Virus record (IMG/VR): IMGVR_UViG_3300033067_000531
DNA: 64,000 bases
Source of the DNA: a virus
Lineage: Duplodnaviria; Heunggongvirae; Uroviricota; Caudoviricetes
Strand: one strand, 5' to 3'
In this document: piece after piece, positions 47,897 through 57,415 of the stretch
How the letters are laid out: the number at the start of each line of letters is the position of its first letter
Position numbering within the stretch: position 1 is the stretch's first letter
The notes under the pieces: generated by a model
Databases searched by the model: none
Told to the model about the DNA's origin: nothing
The model's input: only the letters and a program-made list of their open reading frames with translations
Program-made: the position numbers and the translations under genes

Positions 47897-48198
47897 TATA
47901 CATTTCCTAATCCAATACGACTGTAACCCAACTTTGATTTAATCTCTTTACTTTTCTTCTCTGGTTTCCATGCTCTTGGGTCAACTGTTTCACCAGTTAG
48001 CACATAACGAAAGTCTGGATCATAGACCATATAACCCATTTTGTTCCACTTTGGTTCTTTGTCATAGAGGAAGATACACCCACGACACATACAAAAGGAT
48101 GCACCATTGTCTGCCATCACATTACCATTCACTGTGCCAATATATTTGACCACATTTCCTTTGTGCATTTCTTTGATGGCATCATGGTAATCAATCAT
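47896..48198 (-). CDS. Hypothetical protein (100 aa)
   Basis: ORF track. Confidence 0.4.
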   Translation of the reverse strand: MIDYHDAIKEMHKGNVVKYIGTVNGNVMADNGASFCMCRGCIFLYDKEPKWNKMGYMVYDPDFRYVLTGETVDPRAWKPEKKSKEIKSKLGYSRIGLGNV

Positions 48199-48349
48199 TC
48201 AAATTCTCCACTGGGAAACGTTCCGGTCTATTCACACAATACTCACACGTTGGATCATCACACTTCGATTCAACCCACTCACCAGTTTCTACAATGTAAT
48301 ATGCATCATATTCTTCTGAATAATCAAACAGTTCAATCTTGTCGGTCAT
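48191..48349 (-). CDS. Small Cys-rich protein (52 aa; ...CDDPTCEYC...), below the ORF-track cutoff
   Basis: Hand translation codon by codon; ATGA overlap with the upstream gene stop and ATGATTGA overlap with the downstream start. Confidence 0.4.
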   Translation of the reverse strand: MTDKIELFDYSEEYDAYYIVETGEWVESKCDDPTCEYCVNRPERFPVENLND

Positions 48350-48702
48350 AAGTATTCTTCAAACTCAGGTGGCACCATCACATTGTCAGTCACACCTTTA
48401 AACATTGGACCAATTTGATATGGTTTATAACCAGCCAAACCACAACCAATAGGTGTCAGTTGAAACGTAAGGTGTGGATGTAGTCGTGCATAGTCCAAAA
48501 AGTAATCAACGAACACTTGAATACGTTCCAGTGCCATTGTTTCGATGTTTTCGTCCTTGGTTGGAATGCCATACGAATCACCTTGCATACCAACACCCTT
48601 GCCCCAAACAGCACCTTTGTTTTCTAATGCCCATTTGGCTGCACCAGCACCATGTCGACCTGCAAGGTTGGAACCAAATACAAAAATTGTTCTATCACTC
48701 AT
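48346..48702 (-). CDS. Conserved hypothetical protein (118 aa), 'FGSNLAGRHGAGAAKWA' Rossmann-like motif
   Basis: ORF track; Gly-rich nucleotide-binding-like motif. Confidence 0.45.
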   Translation of the reverse strand: MSDRTIFVFGSNLAGRHGAGAAKWALENKGAVWGKGVGMQGDSYGIPTKDENIETMALERIQVFVDYFLDYARLHPHLTFQLTPIGCGLAGYKPYQIGPMFKGVTDNVMVPPEFEEYL

Positions 48703-48983
48703 TATTCAATTCCAAAATGGTGCATCACATATTCACAAGCCAACACATTGGCATCATCAGCCTCTTGTGTCTTGTCTAATACTTCCAAGATTAGTTTCTC
48801 GACAAACTCATTCATATCAAGGTGTGGAATGTCCAGTATATCATACCGGCATTCTTCAATCAATTCATTGATACGGTTCTTTTCGTCCACAATACGGACA
48901 TGATAATTATTGACTGTAATACTCATTAGGGTCCTCGCATGGTGCAAATTGAACACACTTACCAAAATAGAATGGCAACTCAA
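48702..48983 (-). CDS. Hypothetical protein (93 aa)
   Basis: ORF track. Confidence 0.4.
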   Translation of the reverse strand: MSCHSILVSVFNLHHARTLMSITVNNYHVRIVDEKNRINELIEECRYDILDIPHLDMNEFVEKLILEVLDKTQEADDANVLACEYVMHHFGIE

Positions 48984-49119
48984 AGTATTTCACTTCTTCA
49001 CGTTGCATCAGTTGAATGGTTTTTTCGCCTGTGATTTCATCAATCAAGTCCATTTCAAACTGACTATACTGAATTGAATAGTTGAAACGACCGTGTTGAA
49101 AACGTCTAGTTCTAAGCAT
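48907..49119 (-). CDS. Hypothetical protein (70 aa)
   Basis: ORF track; overlaps neighbour, start uncertain. Confidence 0.3.
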   Translation of the reverse strand: MLRTRRFQHGRFNYSIQYSQFEMDLIDEITGEKTIQLMQREEVKYFELPFYFGKCVQFAPCEDPNEYYSQ

Positions 49120-49149
49120 AATAACTCCTTTGTTAGTATTATACCACTA

Positions 49150-49608
49150 TCACTTGCGTTTGTCAAGCTCTTTGTTGGCCTTCTTCTTAGCTTCCTCGAT
49201 ACCATCATCAATATAAGAATCCAGTTTCTGTTCGATAACTTTCAACACCTTGCCGGACATTTGAGCAACCTTCTCGTTCTCTACAACCTTCTGTGCTGCA
49301 TAGGCACCAACCATTGTGTATGCTGTCTTTTCATTCGGAATCAAAATCTGAATAAAACTAGCCAACACCAAAACAATAATGGACCATTTCAAGGACTTTT
49401 TAACTGCTGCACGTTTGGCCAATACCGATTCTTTCAGTGTACCATCTTTATTCAGGTTCCACGAATACTCATAACCACCACTACCAGCATCAAGTGTGAA
49501 GATTAATGTGCCAAGTGCCGCACACGCTGCTGTACCAATAACAAATCCGAAAAATACTTGGAACTTTTCCAACAACGAAATTGCGTATACCAATAATGCC
49601 AAATCCAT
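49150..49608 (-). CDS. Membrane protein (152 aa)
   Basis: ORF track; 3 TM segments. Confidence 0.45.
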   Translation of the reverse strand: MDLALLVYAISLLEKFQVFFGFVIGTAACAALGTLIFTLDAGSGGYEYSWNLNKDGTLKESVLAKRAAVKKSLKWSIIVLVLASFIQILIPNEKTAYTMVGAYAAQKVVENEKVAQMSGKVLKVIEQKLDSYIDDGIEEAKKKANKELDKRK

Positions 49609-49609
49609 A

Positions 49610-50050
49610 TTAACCTCTGTCTTTCAAAATTTTTGCTTTGCGTTCTTCATGGTGTTCATCACACAATGTAACAATCCATCCTAAGTCATCACGTGATTTA
49701 CCACGTTCACCACACATTTCACAGGTATCACTGGCCCAATATTCTGCCATTGCAACCAAACCCTCAATGTAGTCATCACCGCCAGAATAATAGAAACGGA
49801 GACCACCAAATTTCTCTTTGACCTGTTCAACCGTAACCTGTGGCACCAACACCGCAGTCAATTGGTGTCCTTGGTCAACCATCCATTGTTGTCGTGAATT
49901 ATGCGAATCAATATAATTCTGAATTGCACGTGACAACTTGATAATGATATGTTCCCATCCTTCACCAACCCACACACTGGTGTTTTCACCATACATCAAA
50001 GGAAATTCTTTGTGTAGTCTATCACAAAAATCTGTCATTGTCAACCCCAT
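49610..50050 (-). CDS. Hypothetical protein (146 aa) with C-terminal CxxC...CDEHH
   Basis: ORF track. Confidence 0.45.
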   Translation of the reverse strand: MGLTMTDFCDRLHKEFPLMYGENTSVWVGEGWEHIIIKLSRAIQNYIDSHNSRQQWMVDQGHQLTAVLVPQVTVEQVKEKFGGLRFYYSGGDDYIEGLVAMAEYWASDTCEMCGERGKSRDDLGWIVTLCDEHHEERKAKILKDRG

Positions 50051-50358
50051 GTTCTATGAACTTCAGCAATCCATTCATTGCCATCATATTCTTCAATACA
50101 CCAATCCACATCATCAGGTATTTCTACCACAACCAGATTAGCAAAGTGGCCTGAAGCAGTATTCCCAAGGCGTTCCACGATTTCCACTAGAACAGGGTCA
50201 TCACGTTGAATTTCACGGTCATAAAAATCACCATCTTGATAATAACCCCAAGTATCGTTAAACTTGCCTACGTTCAGACCTTTAGCCTTTGCGTAATCTT
50301 CACAAGCAGTCTTGGATAATCCAAAACCACCAAAACATTTATTGATAACTACTTTCAT
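50041..50358 (-). CDS. Hypothetical protein (105 aa)
   Basis: ORF track. Confidence 0.45.
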   Translation of the reverse strand: MKVVINKCFGGFGLSKTACEDYAKAKGLNVGKFNDTWGYYQDGDFYDREIQRDDPVLVEIVERLGNTASGHFANLVVVEIPDDVDWCIEEYDGNEWIAEVHRTWG

Positions 50359-50558
50359 TCTTCAACTCCGAAATGTTCTTTCAACTCTGCACCGCCAATG
50401 CCTTCTTCAACATGGTTTTCTCGGTTAAAAGCATCAAGGTAATCAGCACATTCTTTAACAATCAACTCGGCGAACTTTTCAACATTCCCTTCGCCATAGC
50501 CCATCCCATCAATACTGCATCCAGCCTGTCCAGCAAGTTCTTTGATTCGTTCGTTCAT
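50355..50558 (-). CDS. Small protein, MNERIKEL...EHFGVEE paralogue family member 3
   Basis: Paralogue of 36392-36616 and 47110-47325. Confidence 0.5.
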   Translation of the reverse strand: MNERIKELAGQAGCSIDGMGYGEGNVEKFAELIVKECADYLDAFNRENHVEEGIGGAELKEHFGVEE

Positions 50559-50968
50559 TCAAACTCCACCTTTGCACAGAATTTATCTTTCCAGCTACGG
50601 TATGCCAAACGGACAAAACCTGGTTTGGCTTCTTGTAACTTGTTCTCAATAGTTTCTTTTGCGAATACTGAACCAAGCAACAAACCACCTAAACCAATTA
50701 AACTACCAAAGAAGATAAAGAACCCTCTTGCATATTTTTCCAATTCATAACCAAACAACAACCAACCAATGCCGTTGATGAATGATGCCAAGGCAACTAC
50801 AGCAAGTCCCGCACCAATAGTTGCAACAAATAAGAACCAGAAGGTACCAATTAATACACTACGCACATAAGAACAAATGTCCGTACCATGGGAGGCATAT
50901 ACACGGCGGTCACCAAAATTGGCCAACCAAAAGTGCCAAGAATCGTGTTTCAAATTAAATGTCATCAT
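50555..50968 (-). CDS. Membrane protein (start trimmed to MMTFNL...)
   Basis: ORF 50555-51040 overlaps the upstream ATPase by 50 nt; internal start removes the overlap. Confidence 0.4.
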   Translation of the reverse strand: MMTFNLKHDSWHFWLANFGDRRVYASHGTDICSYVRSVLIGTFWFLFVATIGAGLAVVALASFINGIGWLLFGYELEKYARGFFIFFGSLIGLGGLLLGSVFAKETIENKLQEAKPGFVRLAYRSWKDKFCAKVEFE

Positions 50969-50990
50969 ATTATTTCCTTTTTTTACCTGA

Positions 50991-51875
50991 TTAACCACAG
51001 ATTGCATACTCAGCAAGGTTACGCCAATTGTTACCTGCACTAGAACGGATTTTTACTACCTGAATGAGTGTGCGAAGCGACAACTCTTTGACTTTATCTT
51101 GCAACAGGTCAACCAAAGTGATAGCATCTACCTTGTGTTGCATGTCAGCATCAGGCATAAACTCACCTGATTCCATGATGTGACGCATACGTTCCACTTT
51201 TTGTTGTGTGGTCATAGTCAAATCCACGGCCATCGAGCGGGTGATAATCGCTTGGTCAATCTGTGAGGACGACAGGTTAGAGATAAACACCACACGGCCT
51301 TTGAATTCAAAGGTTGTTGGCAGGTCTTCGTCTTTGATATCCGCACGCCATGAGATAATGCGGCGGTCGTATGAATCGAGTGCACCTTTGAGCAAGTTAA
51401 GAGATACAGGATCCTTGAGCACGCTGTCGCAGTCATCGAATACGATAACGCCGTCCTTGTTCTCAAACAGCAAACGGTACAAACCTTTGGGAGTGGAGTG
51501 GCCTTTGACCACGATAAACTTGTTTTTTGCCACTTTGGTGCCAACGTCATAAACACCATCGAGCAGTGACATATCGGCGAAACCATTGGCTTCTAAGGCA
51601 CGGGTCACGGTGTAGGACTTACCAAGACCACCAGGACCAGTGATAACAACGGATGCCTGTGCGCCTTTGCACAACATGGAAACCATGTCGGTAACGAATC
51701 CAAAGCGCTCGTTGATAGTGAAACGGGACTCAGTAGGTTGTGACACCTCCGCAGCGTTGGACGCCAATCCTGCCTTGCGGAGAACGTAATCCATGTGTGC
51801 TTTGTTGGTACGTTTAACGACCTTGCCGTTGATGGTGGCTTGATACTTTCCGTTTACAAATGTTACTTGTGTCAT
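50991..51875 (-). CDS. P-loop NTPase / AAA-like ATPase (294 aa)
   Basis: Walker A 'GPGGLGKSY', Walker B-like 'VIVFDDCD'. Confidence 0.5.
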   Translation of the reverse strand: MTQVTFVNGKYQATINGKVVKRTNKAHMDYVLRKAGLASNAAEVSQPTESRFTINERFGFVTDMVSMLCKGAQASVVITGPGGLGKSYTVTRALEANGFADMSLLDGVYDVGTKVAKNKFIVVKGHSTPKGLYRLLFENKDGVIVFDDCDSVLKDPVSLNLLKGALDSYDRRIISWRADIKDEDLPTTFEFKGRVVFISNLSSSQIDQAIITRSMAVDLTMTTQQKVERMRHIMESGEFMPDADMQHKVDAITLVDLLQDKVKELSLRTLIQVVKIRSSAGNNWRNLAEYAICG

Positions 51876-51967
51876 CGCTGTGTCCTAATCAATCAATACA
51901 AGTATTCTATCACAACCACCGAAAATGGCAATATACTACTTTAGTTCTCGACCAAACCGGTCAACTA

Positions 51968-52330
51968 TTAACGGCGGCGTGTGGCACGGCGGACAAGCTT
52001 GGTGCGTTCAACCATAAACACGTAAGGTTCATCCGTTGCGGAGACTGTGGAACCCCATCCTTGGCGCTTCATTGCTGAACGGATAGACTCCGCTGCATGA
52101 GCACGGACACGTGCCTTGGAACCAATTTTCTTCAATCGTTTAATTTGACGGGTAACCTCGCCGTGTGGCAATTCTGGAACTGTATCAGAAACGTATTGTG
52201 GTGTGGATGAAGAATTTGAAGAACCGCCAATTTGAACAGAACCATCAGAACCAATGGAAATGCCAATACCTTTGTTCAATGCTGTTTCGATAACCAATTG
52301 AGCGATGTTAGTCATAATCAAATCTTTCAT
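51968..52330 (-). CDS. Basic hypothetical protein (start MKDLIMTNIAQ...)
   Basis: ORF 51968-52378 trimmed because its 5' end overlaps the promoter -10 (TATACT at about 52356); Arg-rich C-terminus. Confidence 0.4.
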   Translation of the reverse strand: MKDLIMTNIAQLVIETALNKGIGISIGSDGSVQIGGSSNSSSTPQYVSDTVPELPHGEVTRQIKRLKKIGSKARVRAHAAESIRSAMKRQGWGSTVSATDEPYVFMVERTKLVRRATRRR

Positions 52331-52411
52331 AATGTTTAAATGATGCGTGAAGTATACCACATCCACCGAAAATGGCAATATACTACTTTAGTACTCCATT
52401 TGTCCGGTCAA

Positions 52412-52621
52412 CTATTCAAACTTTTTAATCTTGAATCGTTCACGGTTCTCAAAATACTCCAACCACATTAGATAGAACATCCACACAAGTATGGAAGCCA
52501 GCACAAACAACAATAATGGTCCCAAGAAATTAGCAACGATAAAACCAATAACCATGAAGATTATTGGTATTACGAATAGTGTGCCTATTGCAAATAAGAA
52601 TGCTTTAGCTTTTGGTTTCAT
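52412..52621 (-). CDS. Small membrane protein (69 aa)
   Basis: ORF track; two TM segments. Confidence 0.4.
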   Translation of the reverse strand: MKPKAKAFLFAIGTLFVIPIIFMVIGFIVANFLGPLLLFVLASILVWMFYLMWLEYFENRERFKIKKFE

Positions 52622-52866
52622 AGGTATTCCGCATCAGGACCATAACGATATGGTTTGATTAATAGAAAACGGACCGCATCTTCAAACAACACACGTGATG
52701 CCAACCAAACAAAATCTTCATCAAAGTCACACACATTACATACATTAGAGACTATTGAATCTTGGTTCCAATCTTGGTCTCCGTCCAAGAATAACTGTGC
52801 TGAATACAACACATTTTCTTCAACATAATCTAATGCGTTAGCAGCAACATACTCAATTATTTCCAT
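52618..52866 (-). CDS. Acidic hypothetical protein (82 aa)
   Basis: ORF track. Confidence 0.4.
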   Translation of the reverse strand: MEIIEYVAANALDYVEENVLYSAQLFLDGDQDWNQDSIVSNVCNVCDFDEDFVWLASRVLFEDAVRFLLIKPYRYGPDAEYL

Positions 52867-53128
52867 TTTTATTCCTTTGCACTTCTAGTGCTTTGAACCA
52901 ACCAAAGGCATAGGCCGTTTTCTCTGCATCGGTGACGGCCTCGTGCGGCATATTCTTATACATTTCCTCGTACATGGTCAAACGACTATTGAGATATTCA
53001 ACCCATGCACGTGCGGTTGCCATATCTTTCTCCAATGCCTCGACCTTTTCTTCCAAGGTACCAATGGCACTAGATTGTCCCATGTCAATCGCCCAATTCA
53101 ATGCACTCATTACAAATTCCCCATACAA
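52853..53128 (-). CDS. Hypothetical protein (91 aa)
   Basis: ORF track. Confidence 0.4.
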   Translation of the reverse strand: MYGEFVMSALNWAIDMGQSSAIGTLEEKVEALEKDMATARAWVEYLNSRLTMYEEMYKNMPHEAVTDAEKTAYAFGWFKALEVQRNKNGNN

Positions 53129-53364
53129 TGTGACATTAGATAATCATGCACCGAATGTGGATCAATTTCAAACTGTGCCGCCGGTGTATGTTTGAATGCC
53201 TTATTGTAACTCACCCACCATTGTTTGGCAAGTTCTTCGGAACCCACCAAACCAATCAGGAAGGCGTCACAACGGGATTTTAGTAACTCTGTGTTTGGTT
53301 TAGTTCCAACTTTCATAATCTTCTCACTCACCAATGTCTTATGACACCTGCAACAATAAAACAA
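53110..53364 (-). CDS. Hypothetical protein (84 aa; alternative start MKVGTK at 53316)
   Basis: ORF track. Confidence 0.4.
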   Translation of the reverse strand: MFYCCRCHKTLVSEKIMKVGTKPNTELLKSRCDAFLIGLVGSEELAKQWWVSYNKAFKHTPAAQFEIDPHSVHDYLMSHCMGNL

Positions 53365-53478
53365 TTTGTAATAATGTAAGTTGCCACGATTGTAAGACGA
53401 ATCGCAGCAACTTTATCGGCTTCATTGTCGCAACTGCTGGCCTTTTCACCAAGAGCTTTTGCAAGCAGTCGCCACATA

Positions 53479-54330
53479 TTACTTACCCAAATTCATCATC
53501 ATGCCATTAGAACCATTCACAACGGTATTAGGCATTTTACCATCCCACTTATCAATCCATTGCAATTGAACGTACTGAGCACCACCATTACTTTGGATAG
53601 CACTTGCTTGAATAGCAATCGCTTTCGCTTCACCTTCAGCCTGTGCAATACGTGATGCAGCTTCAACTTTAATACGTTCCAAATCTTGTTCAGCCTTTTG
53701 CTTTTGTTGCATTGCAATCACTTTAGCTTCAACTGCCTTTTGGTAATCGGCATTAAATGCAAAGTTGACCAATGAAATAGAATCAATTGAAATATCAAAC
53801 TGTGCCACTTTGGTCTTTACTTGTTGCAAAATCTCTGCACTTACAATATCACGTTTGGTAATCAATTCTTCACTGGTATAATGACCAGTAACAGATTTAA
53901 ATGCTTCATTCAATGATGGCCCCAATACTTTATCAACCACATTCAAACCAAGGTCTTTGTAAATGGATGCAACCTTATCACTATTCAATCGGTAATTGGC
54001 AGTAATATCAGTATGCACTTGCTGCATATCTTTGGTACCAGCACTTGCACCCTCATAAGTGGCACGTTGCATCTGGATATTCACATTACGTACACTGGAG
54101 ATTGGATTAACCATGTGTACACCGTTTTGTAATGGTGTTGGGTTAACGGTACCCATGGTTACTTGAACACCTGCAAAACCAGCAGGCACAATAGTAAACG
54201 ATTCAAACAATACAACCAACACAAACAAACCAGCACCAGCAAAGGCACCATATTTGGGTTTATCCAACACCAACCATGCAGCGACAGTCAATGCAATGGC
54301 AACCAATAACGACAATACAATCAAAAACAT
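53479..54330 (-). CDS. SPFH/Band-7 (prohibitin/stomatin/HflC-like) membrane protein
   Basis: N-terminal TM, SPFH core, Ala/Gln/Glu-rich coiled-coil 'QKQKAEQDLERIKVEAASRIAQAEGEAKAIAIQ'. Confidence 0.65.
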   Translation of the reverse strand: MFLIVLSLLVAIALTVAAWLVLDKPKYGAFAGAGLFVLVVLFESFTIVPAGFAGVQVTMGTVNPTPLQNGVHMVNPISSVRNVNIQMQRATYEGASAGTKDMQQVHTDITANYRLNSDKVASIYKDLGLNVVDKVLGPSLNEAFKSVTGHYTSEELITKRDIVSAEILQQVKTKVAQFDISIDSISLVNFAFNADYQKAVEAKVIAMQQKQKAEQDLERIKVEAASRIAQAEGEAKAIAIQASAIQSNGGAQYVQLQWIDKWDGKMPNTVVNGSNGMMMNLGK

Positions 54331-54343
54331 AATAACTCCTTAA

Positions 54344-54817
54344 TTACTCAAAACCACGCAAGATGGAAGCATAATCTAATCCATCAATCTTTTCAACCAC
54401 CACTTTGTTACGACTATCAGCATGGAATGATAGGTTCTCGTGGTGTACTTTCACCAAACCCTTACGACCCAATGATTCTAAGGTCAGGAAGGATACCAAT
54501 GAATTGGTACGTTCATTAAATTCATCAAAGTCCTTGGCTTGGTCACAACCTTCACCAGTGGCCAACATTTCGGACATTAGGATAATATCCTTAAAATCTT
54601 GTGCTTCAACACAATCTTGCAATAAGGCAAGGTCCATATCCGACAATTCGGAAATATACTCACCAACCACAATATATGGATTCTCCATCATGCGGTGCAC
54701 CAATAGTTTGGTCACTGACATTAAATCCTTCTGTTTGAGAATGAGGTCATAATTAAGAGAATAACCACCACCAATACCAATATCAAAACCATCCATACCA
54801 AATCCTTTATACATCAA
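54344..54817 (-). CDS. Hypothetical protein (157 aa)
   Basis: ORF track. Confidence 0.45.
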   Translation of the reverse strand: MMYKGFGMDGFDIGIGGGYSLNYDLILKQKDLMSVTKLLVHRMMENPYIVVGEYISELSDMDLALLQDCVEAQDFKDIILMSEMLATGEGCDQAKDFDEFNERTNSLVSFLTLESLGRKGLVKVHHENLSFHADSRNKVVVEKIDGLDYASILRGFE

Positions 54818-54865
54818 AACGGCTACACCGCATTATATGGTGAAAATATCACCGTGTCAAGCCAA

Positions 54866-55087
54866 TTACTGGCAATCTTCCATAAGTTTCTCAATACCAC
54901 GGGTGTAACCATTCTCATAGCCTGCCCATTGGTCATATTGGGTCAGTTCATCGTATGGATTATAATTCTCACCACTACCATTGAATGCTTCATCATAGCC
55001 TTCAGCGAAAGCAATACGGTTCAATTGGTGGTCATCCAAGTCTGGGAAATCAATTGGATTATCTGTGTTTGTTGTATGGTAGGTCAT
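54866..55087 (-). CDS. Small acidic protein (73 aa)
   Basis: ORF track. Confidence 0.4.
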   Translation of the reverse strand: MTYHTTNTDNPIDFPDLDDHQLNRIAFAEGYDEAFNGSGENYNPYDELTQYDQWAGYENGYTRGIEKLMEDCQ

Positions 55088-55290
55088 ACTGCTCGTCCTG
55101 TTTGTTCATATAAGAATTGGTCCAATAGGTGTTCATACGGTTGACCGCATCGGCGTGCATTGAATATCCTATCAACCAATGAATTGGTGATGCCATGGGT
55201 TTCTTCGTTCTTATCAAAGATACGATAACCACGAATCTCCAATTCATCCATCAAATCGTAGGTCTTGAAATCTTGTAATGTCACACTCAT
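55084..55290 (-). CDS. Small protein (68 aa)
   Basis: ORF track. Confidence 0.4.
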   Translation of the reverse strand: MSVTLQDFKTYDLMDELEIRGYRIFDKNEETHGITNSLVDRIFNARRCGQPYEHLLDQFLYEQTGRAV

Positions 55291-55499
55291 TTTAAAATTC
55301 CTGTATTTACAGCCAAACTCAACACACTAACAATTAGTGCCAAAATACCAATGCATTTGCTAAAGGTATTACCACCACCCAATGTGAATACAAATCCAAA
55401 CAATAACAACAACACATTGGAAACAAGGGGCATCCACATTTCAATCATATCACCACCATGAATCATAATAAACGGCATCACCTTCTTCAATAGCATCAC
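55287..55499 (-). CDS. Small membrane protein (70 aa)
   Basis: ORF track; two TM. Confidence 0.4.
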   Translation of the reverse strand: MMLLKKVMPFIMIHGGDMIEMWMPLVSNVLLLLFGFVFTLGGGNTFSKCIGILALIVSVLSLAVNTGILK

Positions 55500-55842
55500 G
55501 TGCTGCTTGAATGAATTTCAAATCTTCCGCCAATGATTCCATACTTGGTGGGTTATCACCAAAAAAGAAACCAGTGGTGTGCGGCAATGCACTATTCAAT
55601 AGGTCAGTTTGCAATTCATCCAAATCTTGTGGATATAACCGAACAGGCACACAATTAAATGATTGTGCTTGGCCACCTTTAAAACGGTAGAGGTTTTGCA
55701 TCCAACCATGCAAGTCGTGGTGTTTACGCCAATACCACAATTCATTCAATTCACCTACACGTCCATCTTCCTGTGACCGGATAGTAAAATCATCAATCAC
55801 ATCTTCGGCTTTAACACGCCAAGCAAACATATCTAAACCCAT
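55450..55842 (-). CDS. Hypothetical protein (130 aa)
   Basis: ORF track. Confidence 0.4.
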   Translation of the reverse strand: MGLDMFAWRVKAEDVIDDFTIRSQEDGRVGELNELWYWRKHHDLHGWMQNLYRFKGGQAQSFNCVPVRLYPQDLDELQTDLLNSALPHTTGFFFGDNPPSMESLAEDLKFIQAARDAIEEGDAVYYDSWW

Positions 55843-55923
55843 ATTTTTACCTCAATATTTTACCTGAATTATCGGAGGTGGACTTATTGACATTGCCACC
55901 TACGCACACTGCGGGGAGTTCGT

Positions 55924-56445
55924 TTACTCTTTAGGTAACACGGTACCTGTGTGGTTGTATTTCTTCTGCAAGAAGGCCAAGCAGGCTTCGGCAGTTGGTC
56001 GTGCCGCTTCTTGTTTACCTGCCCACATGGCAACCCACTTATTACGGTCAGCACGGAAGAATACGGTGCCATCTGGGTGGACAATCTTACCTGACGCCTT
56101 AGCGATAGAACCTACCTTGGTGTTACCTACTTGGGTAATAACCAGTTTGGACTTCGCCATGCGCTTTTTGGCAGGTTTGGCAGTTTTAGTTGGTTTAGTG
56201 TCGTCAGTCACAACATGGACTGGAGACTTAGGCACAAACTTGTTGCCTGTCAATGGACCGCACCATGGGTAGAAACCAACGGCGGTTTTGTCTTTGTTGT
56301 CGAGCGCTTCGTTCATATCGAAACCGCACATACCCCATTGGTTGGTGTCTGCATCAAACCAACGATATGCCTTGCCTTGCAAGCCACGGTCGACCAAGTA
56401 CAAAGCAGTAGCGGAAGGGTTACCAGTCTGGGTGAAATTCATCAT
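55924..56445 (-). CDS. Hypothetical protein (173 aa) with basic K/T/A-rich linker
   Basis: ORF track; own promoter module and AGGAG SD upstream. Confidence 0.5.
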   Translation of the reverse strand: MMNFTQTGNPSATALYLVDRGLQGKAYRWFDADTNQWGMCGFDMNEALDNKDKTAVGFYPWCGPLTGNKFVPKSPVHVVTDDTKPTKTAKPAKKRMAKSKLVITQVGNTKVGSIAKASGKIVHPDGTVFFRADRNKWVAMWAGKQEAARPTAEACLAFLQKKYNHTGTVLPKE

Positions 56446-56636
56446 ATAAACTCCTAATCAATCAATGGATGTAGTATAACACAATGGCAGGAAATGGCAA
56501 TATACAACAAAAGTACTCAAGCATTCCGCTTGTAAGACTAAAGTTCTAATACCAAAATCGCTGGACAGTTTTGGATGCATCCTTGCTCATCCAGCTGGTT
56601 AGGATGCGTCCAAAACACTCTTGAAAACAAAAGTAC

Positions 56637-56819
56637 TCACATTGTACGGGTCATGCTTGCTCGGAACTCAATGGCCAGAACGGTTGCCAGAATGAGCAGG
56701 AATTCCACTGGTTTATCGACCACACCAACACCAGCTAGGTCTAACTGTAAACCCAACACACCAAACAAAAAAATGGATAACCAACTTACTTGCATTTCAC
56801 CAATTCCATTAAAAATCAA
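56637..56819 (-). CDS. Small membrane protein (60 aa)
   Basis: ORF track; hydrophobic 'WLSIFLFGVLGLQLDLAGVGVV'. Confidence 0.35.
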   Translation of the reverse strand: MIFNGIGEMQVSWLSIFLFGVLGLQLDLAGVGVVDKPVEFLLILATVLAIEFRASMTRTM

Positions 56820-57003
56820 ATTCTCTTATCCATTCAAATCTAGTGGATGCTGGCACCCATTTAAAATTGAATTTCTTTCGCTCTGCTTGTTCAAAGTCAA
56901 AACATACCATCACCCAACCAGTATCGGTTGAAAAAGGCACGGTGTTAGCAGTCTTGATAATTTGCACAAGTTTGCCATTCATCTTGCCGATGGTGATGGT
57001 CAT
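56809..57003 (-). CDS. Small protein (64 aa)
   Basis: ORF track. Confidence 0.4.
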   Translation of the reverse strand: MTITIGKMNGKLVQIIKTANTVPFSTDTGWVMVCFDFEQAERKKFNFKWVPASTRFEWIREFDF

Positions 57004-57014
57004 ATTTTAATCCT

Positions 57015-57200
57015 TTACAGTGCTGCGAATTTCTCCATTTTGGTTGGAGTATACAAACGCTCGGTTAATTTAAGGTGTTCTTTTGTCTCAATAACATCAC
57101 CACATGATAATTGAGCAACTTGGTGTAAGCCAAAGTTATTGAATTGGATGCCACGCAATTGGCCAATCATCAAATCCCATTGAAAATCATTCTTATTCAT
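57015..57200 (-). CDS. Small protein (61 aa)
   Basis: ORF track. Confidence 0.4.
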   Translation of the reverse strand: MNKNDFQWDLMIGQLRGIQFNNFGLHQVAQLSCGDVIETKEHLKLTERLYTPTKMEKFAAL

Positions 57201-57415
57201 ACAATTACTCCAAAATCATGCACAATTTGTTTATCATCAACCAATAAGGTTGTGCGAGGTTCATCATCCCATGGCAATACCAATGGTTCTTTTAATTTCA
57301 ATTCATGTTGAACGGAACCACCATAACGGATACGGGTTTCAACGACCACACCAATTGCTGGGTATTCACTCAAATACATGGCTTTCACGGTGTGCCGTTC
57401 TTTATTCCATCCCAT
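57197..57415 (-). CDS. Small protein (72 aa)
   Basis: ORF track. Confidence 0.4.
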   Translation of the reverse strand: MGWNKERHTVKAMYLSEYPAIGVVVETRIRYGGSVQHELKLKEPLVLPWDDEPRTTLLVDDKQIVHDFGVIV

